IMG/VR virus record: IMGVR_UViG_3300022695_000133
Coordinates: 9,907 to 73,906 of that record
From: a virus
Length of the DNA: 64,000 nucleotides
Direction: 5' to 3' (one strand)
Under the pieces are notes generated by a model. It saw only the letters and a program-made list of their open reading frames with translations, was not told the origin of the DNA and did no database searches. Shown piece after piece: positions 20,040-31,140 of this stretch (within the stretch, counting starts at the first letter, position 1; every line of letters starts with the position of its first letter). The translations under genes and the position numbers were made by a program.

Positions 20040-20985
20040 AATAAAAAATTGGTTTAATAGAAAATTAGGAATGCTAGCATTTGCTTTTGGTAGAACAGAA
20101 AAAATAATATTTAGTCAAAGTAGTAATGAATTAAAAGATACTAATAAAATCTATCAATCATATTATAAGGGGATGCTCTCTGATTCTTTATTAAAAGGTG
20201 AAATAACTTTACCAGTTAAGGAATTAAGATGGAGGCTATATAAAGTTCTTTCAGAGTCTAAAAATATTTCTTCCCATATTACTGGTTATGATAATGATGG
20301 GATGCCAATTGTTAGGTCGTCATTTGTTAATAATTATAATCTAAATAAGGTTTTAAAAGATAATTATGACCCATATGAGGTTGAGCTAGTAATTAGAAAT
20401 GAGCCATTAACAAAATCAACCATAGAGACTTTTAATAGTAACAGTTTTGATATGCCGCATTCAAAAAAATTTAACCTTGTTGGGCAAGAAATGGTAGATA
20501 ATTCAAAAACCATTGGGGAAATATCATTTGATGATATGATGAGTATATTTGAAGATAAAAAAACAATATACATTCAACGTAATCTAGTACCAAAATTTGA
20601 GTTAGAAAAATACGCAAAAAAATTAATTGTACGAAAAATAGATAAGACCAATAAATTACTAGAATTTTATATTTCAACATATCCAGATGAATATGATAGA
20701 AAAAGTAGACTATTATTATCAGAAATTAAAAAAATTATGAATGGGTATACATCAACAATAACTGAATTTAATAAAATTGGTTTCATAACCGATAAATGTA
20801 TAGGGGCCAAAGATGGGCTAGAATATGAATATAAAATAATTAAATTTGACAAAGTGATTAAATTTAATGGGTATTATGTTTTGAAGTTTTTAGCCACAAA
20901 AACAATAAATGGTGATAATATTTTTGAGAAATATAAACTAGACGAATTAGAAAAAAGATATGAAAATAAAGAACCTAAAAATTAA
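20032..20985 (+). CDS. Hypothetical protein
   Basis: 317-aa ORF. Confidence 0.8.
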   Translation: MNKIKNWFNRKLGMLAFAFGRTEKIIFSQSSNELKDTNKIYQSYYKGMLSDSLLKGEITLPVKELRWRLYKVLSESKNISSHITGYDNDGMPIVRSSFVNNYNLNKVLKDNYDPYEVELVIRNEPLTKSTIETFNSNSFDMPHSKKFNLVGQEMVDNSKTIGEISFDDMMSIFEDKKTIYIQRNLVPKFELEKYAKKLIVRKIDKTNKLLEFYISTYPDEYDRKSRLLLSEIKKIMNGYTSTITEFNKIGFITDKCIGAKDGLEYEYKIIKFDKVIKFNGYYVLKFLATKTINGDNIFEKYKLDELEKRYENKEPKN

Positions 20986-21125
20986 CATTTTCACACTAAA
21001 ACCCTATAAATTTTACGTATTTTAATTGTAAGACTTATCAATCTTATAAGTAATTTATTGTGAAACTATTTATTTAATTAATTTTATCGATACATTATAA
21101 ATATGAATATTTTTAATTTATATTT

Positions 21126-21845
21126 ATGGGGAGAAAAAAATTAATACCAAGTACGGTATCTACTAAATCTGGCACTAAAATTCCAACCAGTAAATATTTT
21201 GGAATTGCAAAAAAGGTACAATATGCCAGTAAAACTACTAATCAAAAAAATTATATTAAATTAATTAAAGAAAAAGAAATTATAATCTCATGCGGACCTA
21301 GTGGTGTAGGGAAAAGTTTCATTGCAATTGCATGCGCATTAGAACTATTACAAAATCACACAAATCCATTTAAGAAAATATTAATAATAAAACCAGCAAT
21401 TGAATCCGAAGAAAATTTAGGTTTTTTGCCTGGGACTTTACATGAAAAATTGGCGCCATATTTAGCATCATCAATAGATATTGTAGATAAAATAATTGGA
21501 AAAAGCGCTCGGAAAAAAATAGAAGAATGTGGAATTTTAATGGCCGAGCCATTGGGTTTCATTAGGGGTAAAACAATAGATAATTCCTTATTAATTGTTG
21601 AAGAGGGGCAAAATATAAGCCCATCCCAAATGAAAACTATTTTAACTAGACTTGGTAGTTGCAGCAAATTTATAATTTCTGGGGATTTAGACCAATCTGA
21701 TAAATTTAAATCAGTAACACAAAGTGGATTATATGACATCATAAATAGGCATAATAATATTATAGAGATAGGATTTTTAAAATTTAATGATAATGATATT
21801 ATTAGAAATCCTTTAATCACTAAAATTTTAAATAATTATAATTAA
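21126..21845 (+). CDS. phoH: PhoH-like ATPase
   Basis: GPSGVGKS, LGFLPG, FIRGKT, VEEGQN, ISGDLDQSD, IIRNP. Confidence 0.95.
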   Translation: MGRKKLIPSTVSTKSGTKIPTSKYFGIAKKVQYASKTTNQKNYIKLIKEKEIIISCGPSGVGKSFIAIACALELLQNHTNPFKKILIIKPAIESEENLGFLPGTLHEKLAPYLASSIDIVDKIIGKSARKKIEECGILMAEPLGFIRGKTIDNSLLIVEEGQNISPSQMKTILTRLGSCSKFIISGDLDQSDKFKSVTQSGLYDIINRHNNIIEIGFLKFNDNDIIRNPLITKILNNYN

Positions 21846-21901
21846 ATTATTTACTTTAACACCAATAATATTATATTGTATTATATTAAATATTAAAAAA
21901 T

Positions 21902-22495
21902 ATGGCTGTTATAGGAATAACAATAAACGAAGTTATAAGAGATTTCATCGGTCAACTTGCCTACACGTATAATAAGTATAAAAGTGAGTTTGATTTAAAA
22001 AAAACACCAGTAAACGAATGGGATTTATTAAAATACTTTAAATTTGGTAATATCCACGAATTAAATAATTTTTTATATTTTGAAGCATCACTAGAAATAT
22101 TTGGTCATGCTGACCAATTGCACAATAACGTGATAGCTAAATATAATGAGTTTTCACAAGATATAATAGATAACGAAAAACATAAATTAGTTTTAATAAG
22201 TAGGGAAACCTCAAAAAGTATCCCAGCAACTTTATTTTTTTTATCTAAATTAGGGTTTAGCGGTAATAATTTAAAATTCGTAACAGATTATAAAAAAAAA
22301 TGGGATGAAATTGATGTTTTAATCACCGCAAATCCTATTGCATTAGAAAATAAGCCAAAAAATAAGATATCTGTTAAAGTTAATGCATCTTATAATACAA
22401 AAAACAAATCTGATTTAAATATTGATAGTATCACTCAATTATTTGATGACGATAAAATAATGAGTAATATAGAAAATAAAATAAAAGAAATATGA
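21902..22495 (+). CDS. Hypothetical protein (possible degenerate HAD/nucleotidase-like fold)
   Basis: 197-aa ORF; N-terminal IGITINEVIRD resembles HAD motif I without the Asp residues. Confidence 0.5.
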   Translation: MAVIGITINEVIRDFIGQLAYTYNKYKSEFDLKKTPVNEWDLLKYFKFGNIHELNNFLYFEASLEIFGHADQLHNNVIAKYNEFSQDIIDNEKHKLVLISRETSKSIPATLFFLSKLGFSGNNLKFVTDYKKKWDEIDVLITANPIALENKPKNKISVKVNASYNTKNKSDLNIDSITQLFDDDKIMSNIENKIKEI

Positions 22496-22842
22496 TTGAG
22501 TTTTTAGGCGAAGAATATTTTATTGATTTTGATGAGTTAACCAAATTTTTGAGGTTAGAAATTACTTCTGATAAAATCAAGGATTCGGTAACAAAAGTTG
22601 TCGATGTACATGGTGAAGATGGTAAATTACTAACAAGAACAAAAACAATAGAAATTACCCCAAGACCATATGAAGTAAATATGGTTAAATATGAATTAAT
22701 AAAAAATCTAATTGATGATTTAGGTACGTTGGATGCTGAAGATGACCCTGACCTTGGTGCGAATAATTTAAAAAATATGACAGTAAGATTCAAACTTGCA
22801 TTTAACACATTATCTAATTATAATATATTAAAAAAGAGTTAA
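22492..22842 (+). CDS. Hypothetical protein
   Basis: 116-aa ORF, ATGA-coupled. Confidence 0.75.
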   Translation: MIEFLGEEYFIDFDELTKFLRLEITSDKIKDSVTKVVDVHGEDGKLLTRTKTIEITPRPYEVNMVKYELIKNLIDDLGTLDAEDDPDLGANNLKNMTVRFKLAFNTLSNYNILKKS

Positions 22843-22848
22843 TAAATT

Positions 22849-23961
22849 ATGGAAAATAAAAAAGAAAAAATAAAAGAAATTGTTAGTAAAATAGAAAAAA
22901 AAGAATTTGGGATATATTTCTTTACTATGGATACCAAAGGTAACCCAGTTGCTAGTATTGCGACAATATATGAACATGTTAAGTCTTTAATCGAGTTAGG
23001 CTATAATGCGTATATTTTACACGAAAAAAATGATTATAAATTAAGGGCAAATCCTAATGACCCAAATGATACCATAGGAATTTCAGAATGGTTAGGTGAA
23101 GAATATGCAAATTTACCTCATGTGTCAATTGAAAAACAAGAATTAAAATTATCAGCTATAGATTACATTATTATTCCAGAAATATTTTCAAGTATAATGA
23201 AACAAGTTATGAGTTTACCATGTACTAAAATAGTTCTATGCCAATCATATAACTATGCTTTAGAGTTGATGGGCGTTGGAGATAGCTGGAATAAAACCTA
23301 TGGGTTTAATCATGTAATCACAACAAGCGAACCACAAGAATCATATATTAAAAGTTTATTTAATAACATACATACATACATAATACCACCATCAATTCCA
23401 GATTATTTCAAGCCAACAAAAGAATTAAAATCACCCATAATTTCAATTGTGTGTAGAAACCAAAGTGATGTTCTTAAAATTGTTAAATCTTTTTATTTAC
23501 AATATCCAATGTATAATTGGATTAGTTTTAAAGAATTAAAAGGATTACCAAAGCAAATTTTTGCAAAAGAGTTAGGGAAATCATGTTTGGCTATTTGGGT
23601 TGATGAAGTTTCTGGATTTGGAACTTTCCCAATAGAGGCTATGAAATGCGAGACGCCAATAATAGGCAAAATACCAAACTTATTACCAGAATGGATGAAA
23701 AGCGAAGATAAAGAAGGTAATATTTTAATAAAAAATAATGGAATGTGGACAAATAATATATTATCTATACCAAGCTTAATCGCTAATTATATGGAGTCAT
23801 GGTTAGAAGATTACGAACCAAAAGATATGCTTAATGAGTCCAATAAAATTAAAAATAATTATTCGATAGATAATCAAAAGAATAAAATAAAGGAAGTTTA
23901 TGGAAATATTATTAGTAATAGAAAACATGAATTTGAAGCTCTATTAAATAAAGATAAATAA
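22849..23961 (+). CDS. Glycosyltransferase (GT4-like)
   Basis: IIIPE, SGFGTFPIEAMKCETPIIG. Confidence 0.8.
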   Translation: MENKKEKIKEIVSKIEKKEFGIYFFTMDTKGNPVASIATIYEHVKSLIELGYNAYILHEKNDYKLRANPNDPNDTIGISEWLGEEYANLPHVSIEKQELKLSAIDYIIIPEIFSSIMKQVMSLPCTKIVLCQSYNYALELMGVGDSWNKTYGFNHVITTSEPQESYIKSLFNNIHTYIIPPSIPDYFKPTKELKSPIISIVCRNQSDVLKIVKSFYLQYPMYNWISFKELKGLPKQIFAKELGKSCLAIWVDEVSGFGTFPIEAMKCETPIIGKIPNLLPEWMKSEDKEGNILIKNNGMWTNNILSIPSLIANYMESWLEDYEPKDMLNESNKIKNNYSIDNQKNKIKEVYGNIISNRKHEFEALLNKDK

Positions 23962-23962
23962 T

Positions 23963-24754
23963 ATGAAGAATAATAAAGAAATATCAAATGAGATAACCGT
24001 AATAATACCAGTTTATAACGGTAATAATGTATTATTTAATAATGCAATTACTAGTTTAAAAGAACAGTATTATAAACCAAAAGAGGTATTAATTATTGTT
24101 GGAAAAGGCACAAAAGACCACGCCTTGGTTAAATCCCAAAATTATGACGGAATTAATACCCGAATTTTAGCCCATGATAAATCAACATCATTTGCATCAC
24201 AAATGAATATTGGTGTAGATGGATGCAACACAAAGTGGTTTTCATTTTTAGAAGAAGATGATGAAATGGGTAAGATATGGCTAAAAAACGCAAATAAATA
24301 CATCAATGTTTATAAAGAGTATAACATATTTCTACCAATAATAGTTGATGTTGATAATTCAAGCTCATTAATAGGGTTATCCAATCAGGCAGTGTGGGCG
24401 CATACTTTCTCAGAAAAAATGGGGGTTTTGGATAAAGACTCTTTACTAAATAATCCAATATTTAATTTTGATGGTATTGTCATGAAAAAAGAAATTTATG
24501 AAGAATTTGGTAAAATTAAAGAAAATATTGAATTACATTTTATGTATGAATTTCTATTAAGAATGTCATACAACTCAAATAATATTATGGTGATACCAAA
24601 ATTAGGGTATAAGCATATGAATTTACGAAAAGGTGGATTACTTAGTAATTATATTGATAAATTAACACCAGATGAATCTAATTGGTGGTTAAACTTAGCT
24701 AGAAAGGAATATTTTCATACTAATGATAGGGAAATTAATTATAGTGGTAAATAA
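23963..24754 (+). CDS. Glycosyltransferase family 2
   Basis: ITVIIPVYN, WFSFLEEDD. Confidence 0.8.
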   Translation: MKNNKEISNEITVIIPVYNGNNVLFNNAITSLKEQYYKPKEVLIIVGKGTKDHALVKSQNYDGINTRILAHDKSTSFASQMNIGVDGCNTKWFSFLEEDDEMGKIWLKNANKYINVYKEYNIFLPIIVDVDNSSSLIGLSNQAVWAHTFSEKMGVLDKDSLLNNPIFNFDGIVMKKEIYEEFGKIKENIELHFMYEFLLRMSYNSNNIMVIPKLGYKHMNLRKGGLLSNYIDKLTPDESNWWLNLARKEYFHTNDREINYSGK

Positions 24755-24756
24755 AA

Positions 24757-25503
24757 ATGGCTGAAAAAAGAGGAAGAAAGCGTAAAAATGGACTTTATTT
24801 TGGTAGAGCTCAAGAAGACGCAATTGTCGAATTTTTAAAAGAAAAAAATCATGTAATTAGAAATAAAATATATAATGAACATTTAAGAGATGCTTTTAAT
24901 ATTATGATTGAATCTATTATTAGAAAATATAAATTATATAGAAAAAACTATTCATTTGATGATTTACATAGTGATACATTATCTTATTTGATACTTAAAG
25001 CAGATAAATTTGATTACACTAGTGGAAATAAAGCTTATTCATATTATGGGACAATATGTAAGCATTATATGCTAGGGCTAATAATTAAAGATAGTAAATA
25101 TTTACTTCAGACTAGTGATTTTGATTCCGCTTTGCCAAAATTACATGATAATAAGAAATACACGTATGAACTCCCAGATACTGAGTATAAACTAGATGAT
25201 TTAATAAAAAATGTTTCAAGCGAGATACGAGAGGAATTAAAAGAAGAAAACACCACAACGTCTAAAAAAAAATTAACTGATAATGAGAAAAAACTAGGGG
25301 AAGCACTAATCTACATATTGGATAACTGGGAAAAAGTATTTGATGATATGATAGGTGGTTCTAAGTATAATAAAAATAACATATTAGCAACAATAAGAGC
25401 ATATACTGGTTTAGACACTAAAGATGTCAGAATTGCAATGAGAAGATATAAAAAAATATATGGATTACTAAAAATAAATAAAATAGAAAATGGATATTTG
25501 TAA
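24757..25503 (+). CDS. Phage sigma factor, T4 gp55-like (late transcription)
   Basis: DDLHSDTLSYLILKADKFDYTSGNKAYSYYGTICKHY resembles sigma region 2 (KFDP...AF.YF..I). Confidence 0.65.
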   Translation: MAEKRGRKRKNGLYFGRAQEDAIVEFLKEKNHVIRNKIYNEHLRDAFNIMIESIIRKYKLYRKNYSFDDLHSDTLSYLILKADKFDYTSGNKAYSYYGTICKHYMLGLIIKDSKYLLQTSDFDSALPKLHDNKKYTYELPDTEYKLDDLIKNVSSEIREELKEENTTTSKKKLTDNEKKLGEALIYILDNWEKVFDDMIGGSKYNKNNILATIRAYTGLDTKDVRIAMRRYKKIYGLLKINKIENGYL

Positions 25504-25519
25504 AAATTTATTTTTATTA

Positions 25520-25528
25520 ATATTTATA
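25520..25528 (+). promoter_or_regulatory. ATATTTATA candidate late promoter
   Basis: 10 nt upstream of ATG 25539, at the head of a putative structural operon. Confidence 0.5.
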
Positions 25529-25538
25529 ATAAAAAGAT

Positions 25539-25904
25539 ATGCGACCTAAAAAAATAAAAATAAAACTAAATGATAATTCATTAACTGGCGTAATGCAAGA
25601 AGTATATAACAATGCATGTGTACAAATTAATGATGCTCAGAAAGTTATTAATGAAGTTTCAGCATCAGTAGTTACAGATGATATTGATGATATCACTAAA
25701 ATTGCGAAAGCCAAAACAGATGCTTTAAAAGTTAAAGATTCGGCAATAAAAATAAAATTAGATTTGGGAAAATTACAGAGTGAAGTAATAAAAAATAATG
25801 GTAAAATAGAAGACGCAATTGAAAATAATCCAGAAATAGCTGATGGGGAAGCCTTTGAAAAAATTAGAAAATTAATAGAAGAAAAAAATAAAAAAAATGA
25901 ATAA
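25539..25904 (+). CDS. Hypothetical coiled-coil protein
   Basis: 121-aa ORF. Confidence 0.75.
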   Translation: MRPKKIKIKLNDNSLTGVMQEVYNNACVQINDAQKVINEVSASVVTDDIDDITKIAKAKTDALKVKDSAIKIKLDLGKLQSEVIKNNGKIEDAIENNPEIADGEAFEKIRKLIEEKNKKNE

Positions 25905-27355
25905 TGACCTTAATAAGCCAAAAAAAAAGAATCTTTGGGGAAATTGCTGCACTAAGAGTATCAATTGAAGGTTATCCAAAAAAAATAAAAAATTTTACCA
26001 AATCTTTATCTCCAATAAATAAAGGCTCATTAAACTATTTAATAGAGTTGTTAAAATCACTGGTTGGGTTTGAAGGGCTTAAAAATGTTATTGTTGAAAC
26101 ATTAACCAATAATTTGGATAATATTGAGAATGAAATTAAATTAACAATAAAAGAATCATTAAAAGGAATTATTAATTGTGGCATTAACCCAACAATACCA
26201 CAATGGGCAATAGATGACGGTGTTTCAATTAATATTAATAGTGTGGATTTTTCCAATATATTAAAAATAAACCCAACCTCATCTGGGGGTAAATTATTAT
26301 ATAATGACATTAATAGTAAAATAGAGAGTACAGATTTTAATACTTATTTATATTATACAATGCAAAAAAATGGAGAATCTACATTTTGGGGGCATAATAC
26401 ATCTAAATCTGATATACTAGAGTTTAAATTTAATTCTAGCGGGGATACAGAATCTGGCATAAACAATATAATAAATTCTAAAGTACTTAGTACCTACTCA
26501 ACAAATAATAAATTAACTGATTTAAATAATGATTATGTTGATTCTATAGTTTTATTAGACCCACAAAAAATAATAAACAACATTATTGATAGTATGTTTG
26601 GGTCAATTAGTTTTGAAACTAAAAAAGATAAACAGAGTATTGAACAAAGTGTTTCAATAAATAAAATTATTAATAAAATTATAAATTCTGATGAAAATGA
26701 CATTATAGATAATTCCTATTTTTCATTTACAAATGAGGAAATTTCGGCAATAAAAAACGAATCAAATTTACTTAGTAAGGGGCATCGTTTATTAGAAACA
26801 TCTAAAAAAATACGCTCAACCATCCCATTAAATTCTTTATCAAATCTTAATTCTAGTTTAGAAGCGTTAGCAAATGACAATAATAATGGAAAATTAAATG
26901 AAGACATTATTAATGTAGTTAGAAAGGGTATTGACGGTATGGCATCAGATTCAGCAAAAAATAGTGATAAAAAGGATAAAACTAACATAAAAATAAATTT
27001 TTTCGAGAATATGATACACAATTTAATGACGTCTATCATTAATATTGTTATTTCCCCTAAGCTAATCACAATATTTGCAATTAATCATAAAATTATTTAC
27101 AATGAAGATTTTACAAGTATTGAAGATTTTATGAAAAAAAACAAAGTACTAATTTCCGCAATATTAAAGACGGTTAGAAATGAAATTGTTGAAATTTTAT
27201 TAGCTAAAGTTTTAAAAGAAATAAAAATAATAATAATAAAGAATTTTGAAAAAATAGAAAGAGAGAAAATTTTAACGATAAAAGCCCAATTGGCTAGTTT
27301 ATCTGGTGTTTCAAATGATTTATTAAGAAAAATATCTGGAATAACTAAAACATGA
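25904..27355 (+). CDS. Hypothetical (likely virion structural) protein
   Basis: 483-aa ORF, coupled, upstream of baseplate-like genes. Confidence 0.75.
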   Translation: MTLISQKKRIFGEIAALRVSIEGYPKKIKNFTKSLSPINKGSLNYLIELLKSLVGFEGLKNVIVETLTNNLDNIENEIKLTIKESLKGIINCGINPTIPQWAIDDGVSININSVDFSNILKINPTSSGGKLLYNDINSKIESTDFNTYLYYTMQKNGESTFWGHNTSKSDILEFKFNSSGDTESGINNIINSKVLSTYSTNNKLTDLNNDYVDSIVLLDPQKIINNIIDSMFGSISFETKKDKQSIEQSVSINKIINKIINSDENDIIDNSYFSFTNEEISAIKNESNLLSKGHRLLETSKKIRSTIPLNSLSNLNSSLEALANDNNNGKLNEDIINVVRKGIDGMASDSAKNSDKKDKTNIKINFFENMIHNLMTSIINIVISPKLITIFAINHKIIYNEDFTSIEDFMKKNKVLISAILKTVRNEIVEILLAKVLKEIKIIIIKNFEKIEREKILTIKAQLASLSGVSNDLLRKISGITKT

Positions 27356-27356
27356 C

Positions 27357-27761
27357 ATGGGAGTAAACAGTTCATTATCTAATGTATTAAATATTTTAAC
27401 AAACGCATTTAATGTGCCAAGAAAGCCATTAACTAATTTACCACCACCATTATTGATAGCTGGTGCAAAATTAAGACCTGGATTAAGCGCCAGATTAATA
27501 TCATCACGCATAATAAGCAGGCAATCCGAAAGTGGAGCCCCCTCTGGTGATATTTTTTCAGAACAATCTAATGTTATGGAATCTATGATTTCAATAATAA
27601 TTGAAGAGATAATATCATCATTACAACTGGATGGAAAAATTGAAATAGTAATATCACCTGGAATACAAGTCTCTACCGTAGGTTCTGGAAATTTAGGAGG
27701 CCCAGTAGTCAGCAAAGGGGTAACAACCAGCATAGCATCTGGAAATGGGGTTATAAGATAA
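27357..27761 (+). CDS. Hypothetical (likely virion) protein
   Basis: 134-aa ORF with Gly-rich C-terminus. Confidence 0.7.
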   Translation: MGVNSSLSNVLNILTNAFNVPRKPLTNLPPPLLIAGAKLRPGLSARLISSRIISRQSESGAPSGDIFSEQSNVMESMISIIIEEIISSLQLDGKIEIVISPGIQVSTVGSGNLGGPVVSKGVTTSIASGNGVIR

Positions 27762-27806
27762 ATTAATAGGATGCAAAAATATTATAAAAATATAATAATT
27801 TAAAAC

Positions 27807-28727
27807 ATGAACAAATATTCATTTCCAGGGGGGAGTACATATAATACTGATAGTAGAAAACGATTAGAAACAACAATTTTTTATTATGGACTTGTGGTAT
27901 CTAATAATGATAAAGTAGAGGCAAATAGAATAAAAGTTAGAATCAAAGGGATTGATGATTCAATTGCCTCAAATGAACTATCATTTGCTTTTCCAATGAT
28001 ACAAAAATATTTAAATATAATACCCAAAGTTGGAGAAACTGTATTAATTTTTATACCAGATATTAAAAACCCATTTATCGATAGATTATATATTGGTCCA
28101 ATTATATCTCAACCCCAGATGCTTAATGGTGATACTGAACCATTCTCTGCTAAGTCAGTATTAAGTAGCGGTATCAAAGAACCTAAAGAAGCCCCAAGCA
28201 CAATTCCAGAAAATAAGGGGGTATATCCTGGGATTGAAGACATTTCTTTACAAGGTAGAAATAATTCTGATATTATTTTAAAAGATAAGGAACTATTATT
28301 TAGGGCTGGTCAGTTTAATTCTAATTTAATTGATGGTGAAATCCCAAAATTTAATAAAATTAACCCATCATATATTCAAATTAAACATGATGCTATTGTA
28401 GATAATAATAAAATAGGGGTAATAAATTTGGTATCTAACAAAATTAATTTAATAACTCATAAGAATGGCAATCCACGATTTATTTTAAATAATCAAGATG
28501 ATTATATAACTTCTAAAGAATTAAATAAAATACTAAAAGAGGCACATCCATTAGTTTTTGGTGATAAATTATTAGAATATCTTAAATTGTTAAAAGATGC
28601 ACTTTTAAACCATGTTCACCCATACCCTGGGCTTAAACCACAAGACTTGGCTGGGGCATCAACCATATCAAAATATAATAACTATCCCTTAGCTAATATG
28701 CTATCTAAAAACATTAAAATAAATTAA
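27807..28727 (+). CDS. Baseplate hub/spike protein, gp5/VgrG OB-fold-like
   Basis: GLVVSNNDKVEANRIKVRI ... IIPKVGETVLI ... YIG (Gp5 OB-like); C-terminal HVHP metal-binding spike motif. Confidence 0.7.
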   Translation: MNKYSFPGGSTYNTDSRKRLETTIFYYGLVVSNNDKVEANRIKVRIKGIDDSIASNELSFAFPMIQKYLNIIPKVGETVLIFIPDIKNPFIDRLYIGPIISQPQMLNGDTEPFSAKSVLSSGIKEPKEAPSTIPENKGVYPGIEDISLQGRNNSDIILKDKELLFRAGQFNSNLIDGEIPKFNKINPSYIQIKHDAIVDNNKIGVINLVSNKINLITHKNGNPRFILNNQDDYITSKELNKILKEAHPLVFGDKLLEYLKLLKDALLNHVHPYPGLKPQDLAGASTISKYNNYPLANMLSKNIKIN

Positions 28728-28757
28728 TATTATAATCTATTTATTAATAAACTAGGG

Positions 28758-30179
28758 ATGATAATTAGAACATATTTAAATAAGAACAACACATTAATTT
28801 ATAATTCAAATTCAAATACAGGTAAAAATCCAGTTACTGAATTATATTATGGGGGGGATATTAATAATAATAAATTATTTACAAGATTTATTTTTAGTTT
28901 TGATTTGCAACGAATTAAGGATTTTAGAATCAAAGGAATGTACCCAGATTTAAATAAATTTACCCATAAATTAAGAATGACGAATACGGGGGCATTTGAT
29001 AAACAATTGCTTGGGGGAAAAACATCTGATGGTAAATCTAGAGCTAGTTCATTTAATTTAAATGTATTTACAATAAATCAACCGTGGGATGAAGGTGTTG
29101 GATATGATTATGAGGCTCAAAAATTTTTTACTTCAGTAGACCAGACAGTTATTAGTGTAAACCCATCTAATTGGGCTGAATCTAGAACTGGAGTACCATG
29201 GACTAACGGCGGAGGTGTTTTTTCAAATTGGTCAAGTGGTACCACAATTATAGCAACTCAGCATTTCGATAATGGAAATGAAAATATTAATATTGATATA
29301 TCAAATGAAATTAATGGATATTTAAGCGGAAATACCAATAACGGACTTGGAATTGCATTTGATGAAGCCTTAGAAAATCTAATCACTGATAACTTACAAT
29401 ATACTGGATTTTTCACAAGGCATACCCAAACATTTTTTGAGCCATATATTGAATCAACATATAATGAGCAAATTATAGATTCTAGGGGTAACTTTTATAT
29501 GGATAAATTAAATAAATTATATCTCTATATTAATGTTGGTGGAGCCCCAACAAATGCTGATAGTATGTCTGCAATGACAGTAAATATAAATGATGATAAC
29601 GGAAATTTATTTTCAGCCTTTACTAGTTCATCAATAACTAATGTTTCCCAAGGAATTTATTCAATAGATTTGCTTATACCATCTAGTGGAAATACATGCA
29701 CGTTATATGAAGACATCTGGGACGGTATAGCGATAAATGGAATTAGTAGACCACCAATAGAATTAGAATTCGAACTTAAAGATTCTAATGAATACTATTT
29801 AATAGGTTCTGACATTACCCAATCCAAAAAATTTACATTTAATATTTCTGGTATTAATGATAAGGAAAACATTAAAAGGGGTGATATTAGAAAAATTAGC
29901 ATTATGGCAAGAATACCATATACTATAAATCAACAAGAAGTTTTAGATTCATTGGAATATAGACTTTATATTAAAGAAGGTAAGGGTGAGTATACTGTAA
30001 TAGACTACACCCCAGTTAATTTGGCATTTAATTATAACTATTTCTTATTAGATACCGCTAGTTTAATTCCACAAACATACTATTTAGATATTAAATCTAG
30101 TTCAAATTATGAAATTAAAACAACAAAAAATATCGTAAGGTTTGATATAGTTAATGAGTCCGATAAAAGAAATTCATAA
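28758..30179 (+). CDS. Hypothetical beta-rich virion protein
   Basis: 473-aa ORF. Confidence 0.75.
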   Translation: MIIRTYLNKNNTLIYNSNSNTGKNPVTELYYGGDINNNKLFTRFIFSFDLQRIKDFRIKGMYPDLNKFTHKLRMTNTGAFDKQLLGGKTSDGKSRASSFNLNVFTINQPWDEGVGYDYEAQKFFTSVDQTVISVNPSNWAESRTGVPWTNGGGVFSNWSSGTTIIATQHFDNGNENINIDISNEINGYLSGNTNNGLGIAFDEALENLITDNLQYTGFFTRHTQTFFEPYIESTYNEQIIDSRGNFYMDKLNKLYLYINVGGAPTNADSMSAMTVNINDDNGNLFSAFTSSSITNVSQGIYSIDLLIPSSGNTCTLYEDIWDGIAINGISRPPIELEFELKDSNEYYLIGSDITQSKKFTFNISGINDKENIKRGDIRKISIMARIPYTINQQEVLDSLEYRLYIKEGKGEYTVIDYTPVNLAFNYNYFLLDTASLIPQTYYLDIKSSSNYEIKTTKNIVRFDIVNESDKRNS

Positions 30180-30324
30180 TTAATTATTGATTTTTAATTA
30201 TTTTATAATATATTTAATAATAACGTAATTATATACGTGTTGGTGTTGAGTCATTAACTTGGCTTTAGAATTATTTAGGTAATGAAAATATTGGCACATT
30301 AATAAAAAAAAAATTAAATAAATT

Positions 30325-31074
30325 ATGAAAGCAACGACTTTGGGGAACATGTTCCCAACAATTAATTTGGCAATAAATAAATGCCGAATGAAACTTTACA
30401 ATAAAAATGATAAACTTCCAATTTATTATTTAAATAATAAACAAGAATTTCAATTAGAATTTTTTAATCCATTACAAAATAATATTTTAGCCAAAATAAT
30501 ATTAAATAACATTCCCATAAATAACGGATTGGTTATTAGACCTGGTGAAAGGATATTTTTGGATAGATTTTTAGAATCAAATAAAAAATTTATTTTTGAC
30601 ACTTATAATATATCTGGCACTAATGTTGGGAAAAATGCAATTAAAAATAATGGCATAATAAAGATAAAATTTTTCAATGAATTTATTTCATATACTTATC
30701 CAACATATCAAACTGATTATTGGTTTGGTGGTTATGATACTGGATTAAATTTTGATGTAACAACCAATAACTCTACAAATAGTATAGGTATTAGTAACAC
30801 ATCTAATACCTTAACTAATACTAATGGGAATTGTAATTTTACGAATACTATTGAGACTGGGAGAGTTTCAAAGGGAAGTCATTCTACACAAAAATTAAAT
30901 GACGTAGATATTATTTTTAATTCATTTTCATTTTTTGAAAAATCATATAAATTACTTCCACTATCTCAAAAAAATATAGGGAGTAGTGATTTAATAAAAA
31001 AATACTGTATGTATTGTGGTGGAAAGATTAAAAAAAATAATAAATTTTGTCCAAATTGCGGAAAAAAACAATAA
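30325..31074 (+). CDS. Zinc-ribbon-containing protein
   Basis: C-terminal CMYCG...FCPNCG. Confidence 0.75.
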   Translation: MKATTLGNMFPTINLAINKCRMKLYNKNDKLPIYYLNNKQEFQLEFFNPLQNNILAKIILNNIPINNGLVIRPGERIFLDRFLESNKKFIFDTYNISGTNVGKNAIKNNGIIKIKFFNEFISYTYPTYQTDYWFGGYDTGLNFDVTTNNSTNSIGISNTSNTLTNTNGNCNFTNTIETGRVSKGSHSTQKLNDVDIIFNSFSFFEKSYKLLPLSQKNIGSSDLIKKYCMYCGGKIKKNNKFCPNCGKKQ

Positions 31075-31097
31075 ATAATAATAGATAATTACGTTAT

Positions 31098-31130
31098 AAA
31101 GGAAATAATTTTGTTATTTCCTTTTTTTTT
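31098..31130 (+). terminator. Intrinsic terminator
   Basis: AAGGAAATAA / TTATTTCCTT stem followed by a long T run. Confidence 0.7.
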
Positions 31131-31132
31131 TG

Positions 31133-31140
31133 TAGTTTTG
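31133..31140 (+). promoter_or_regulatory. Bacteroidota-type -7 box
   Basis: TAGTTTTG upstream of the small-ORF cluster starting at 31182. Confidence 0.4.

Noticed and set aside
30230-30300. Structured leader upstream of the zinc-ribbon gene
   Set aside because: Possible stems rely mostly on G.U pairs; not supportable without covariation data.
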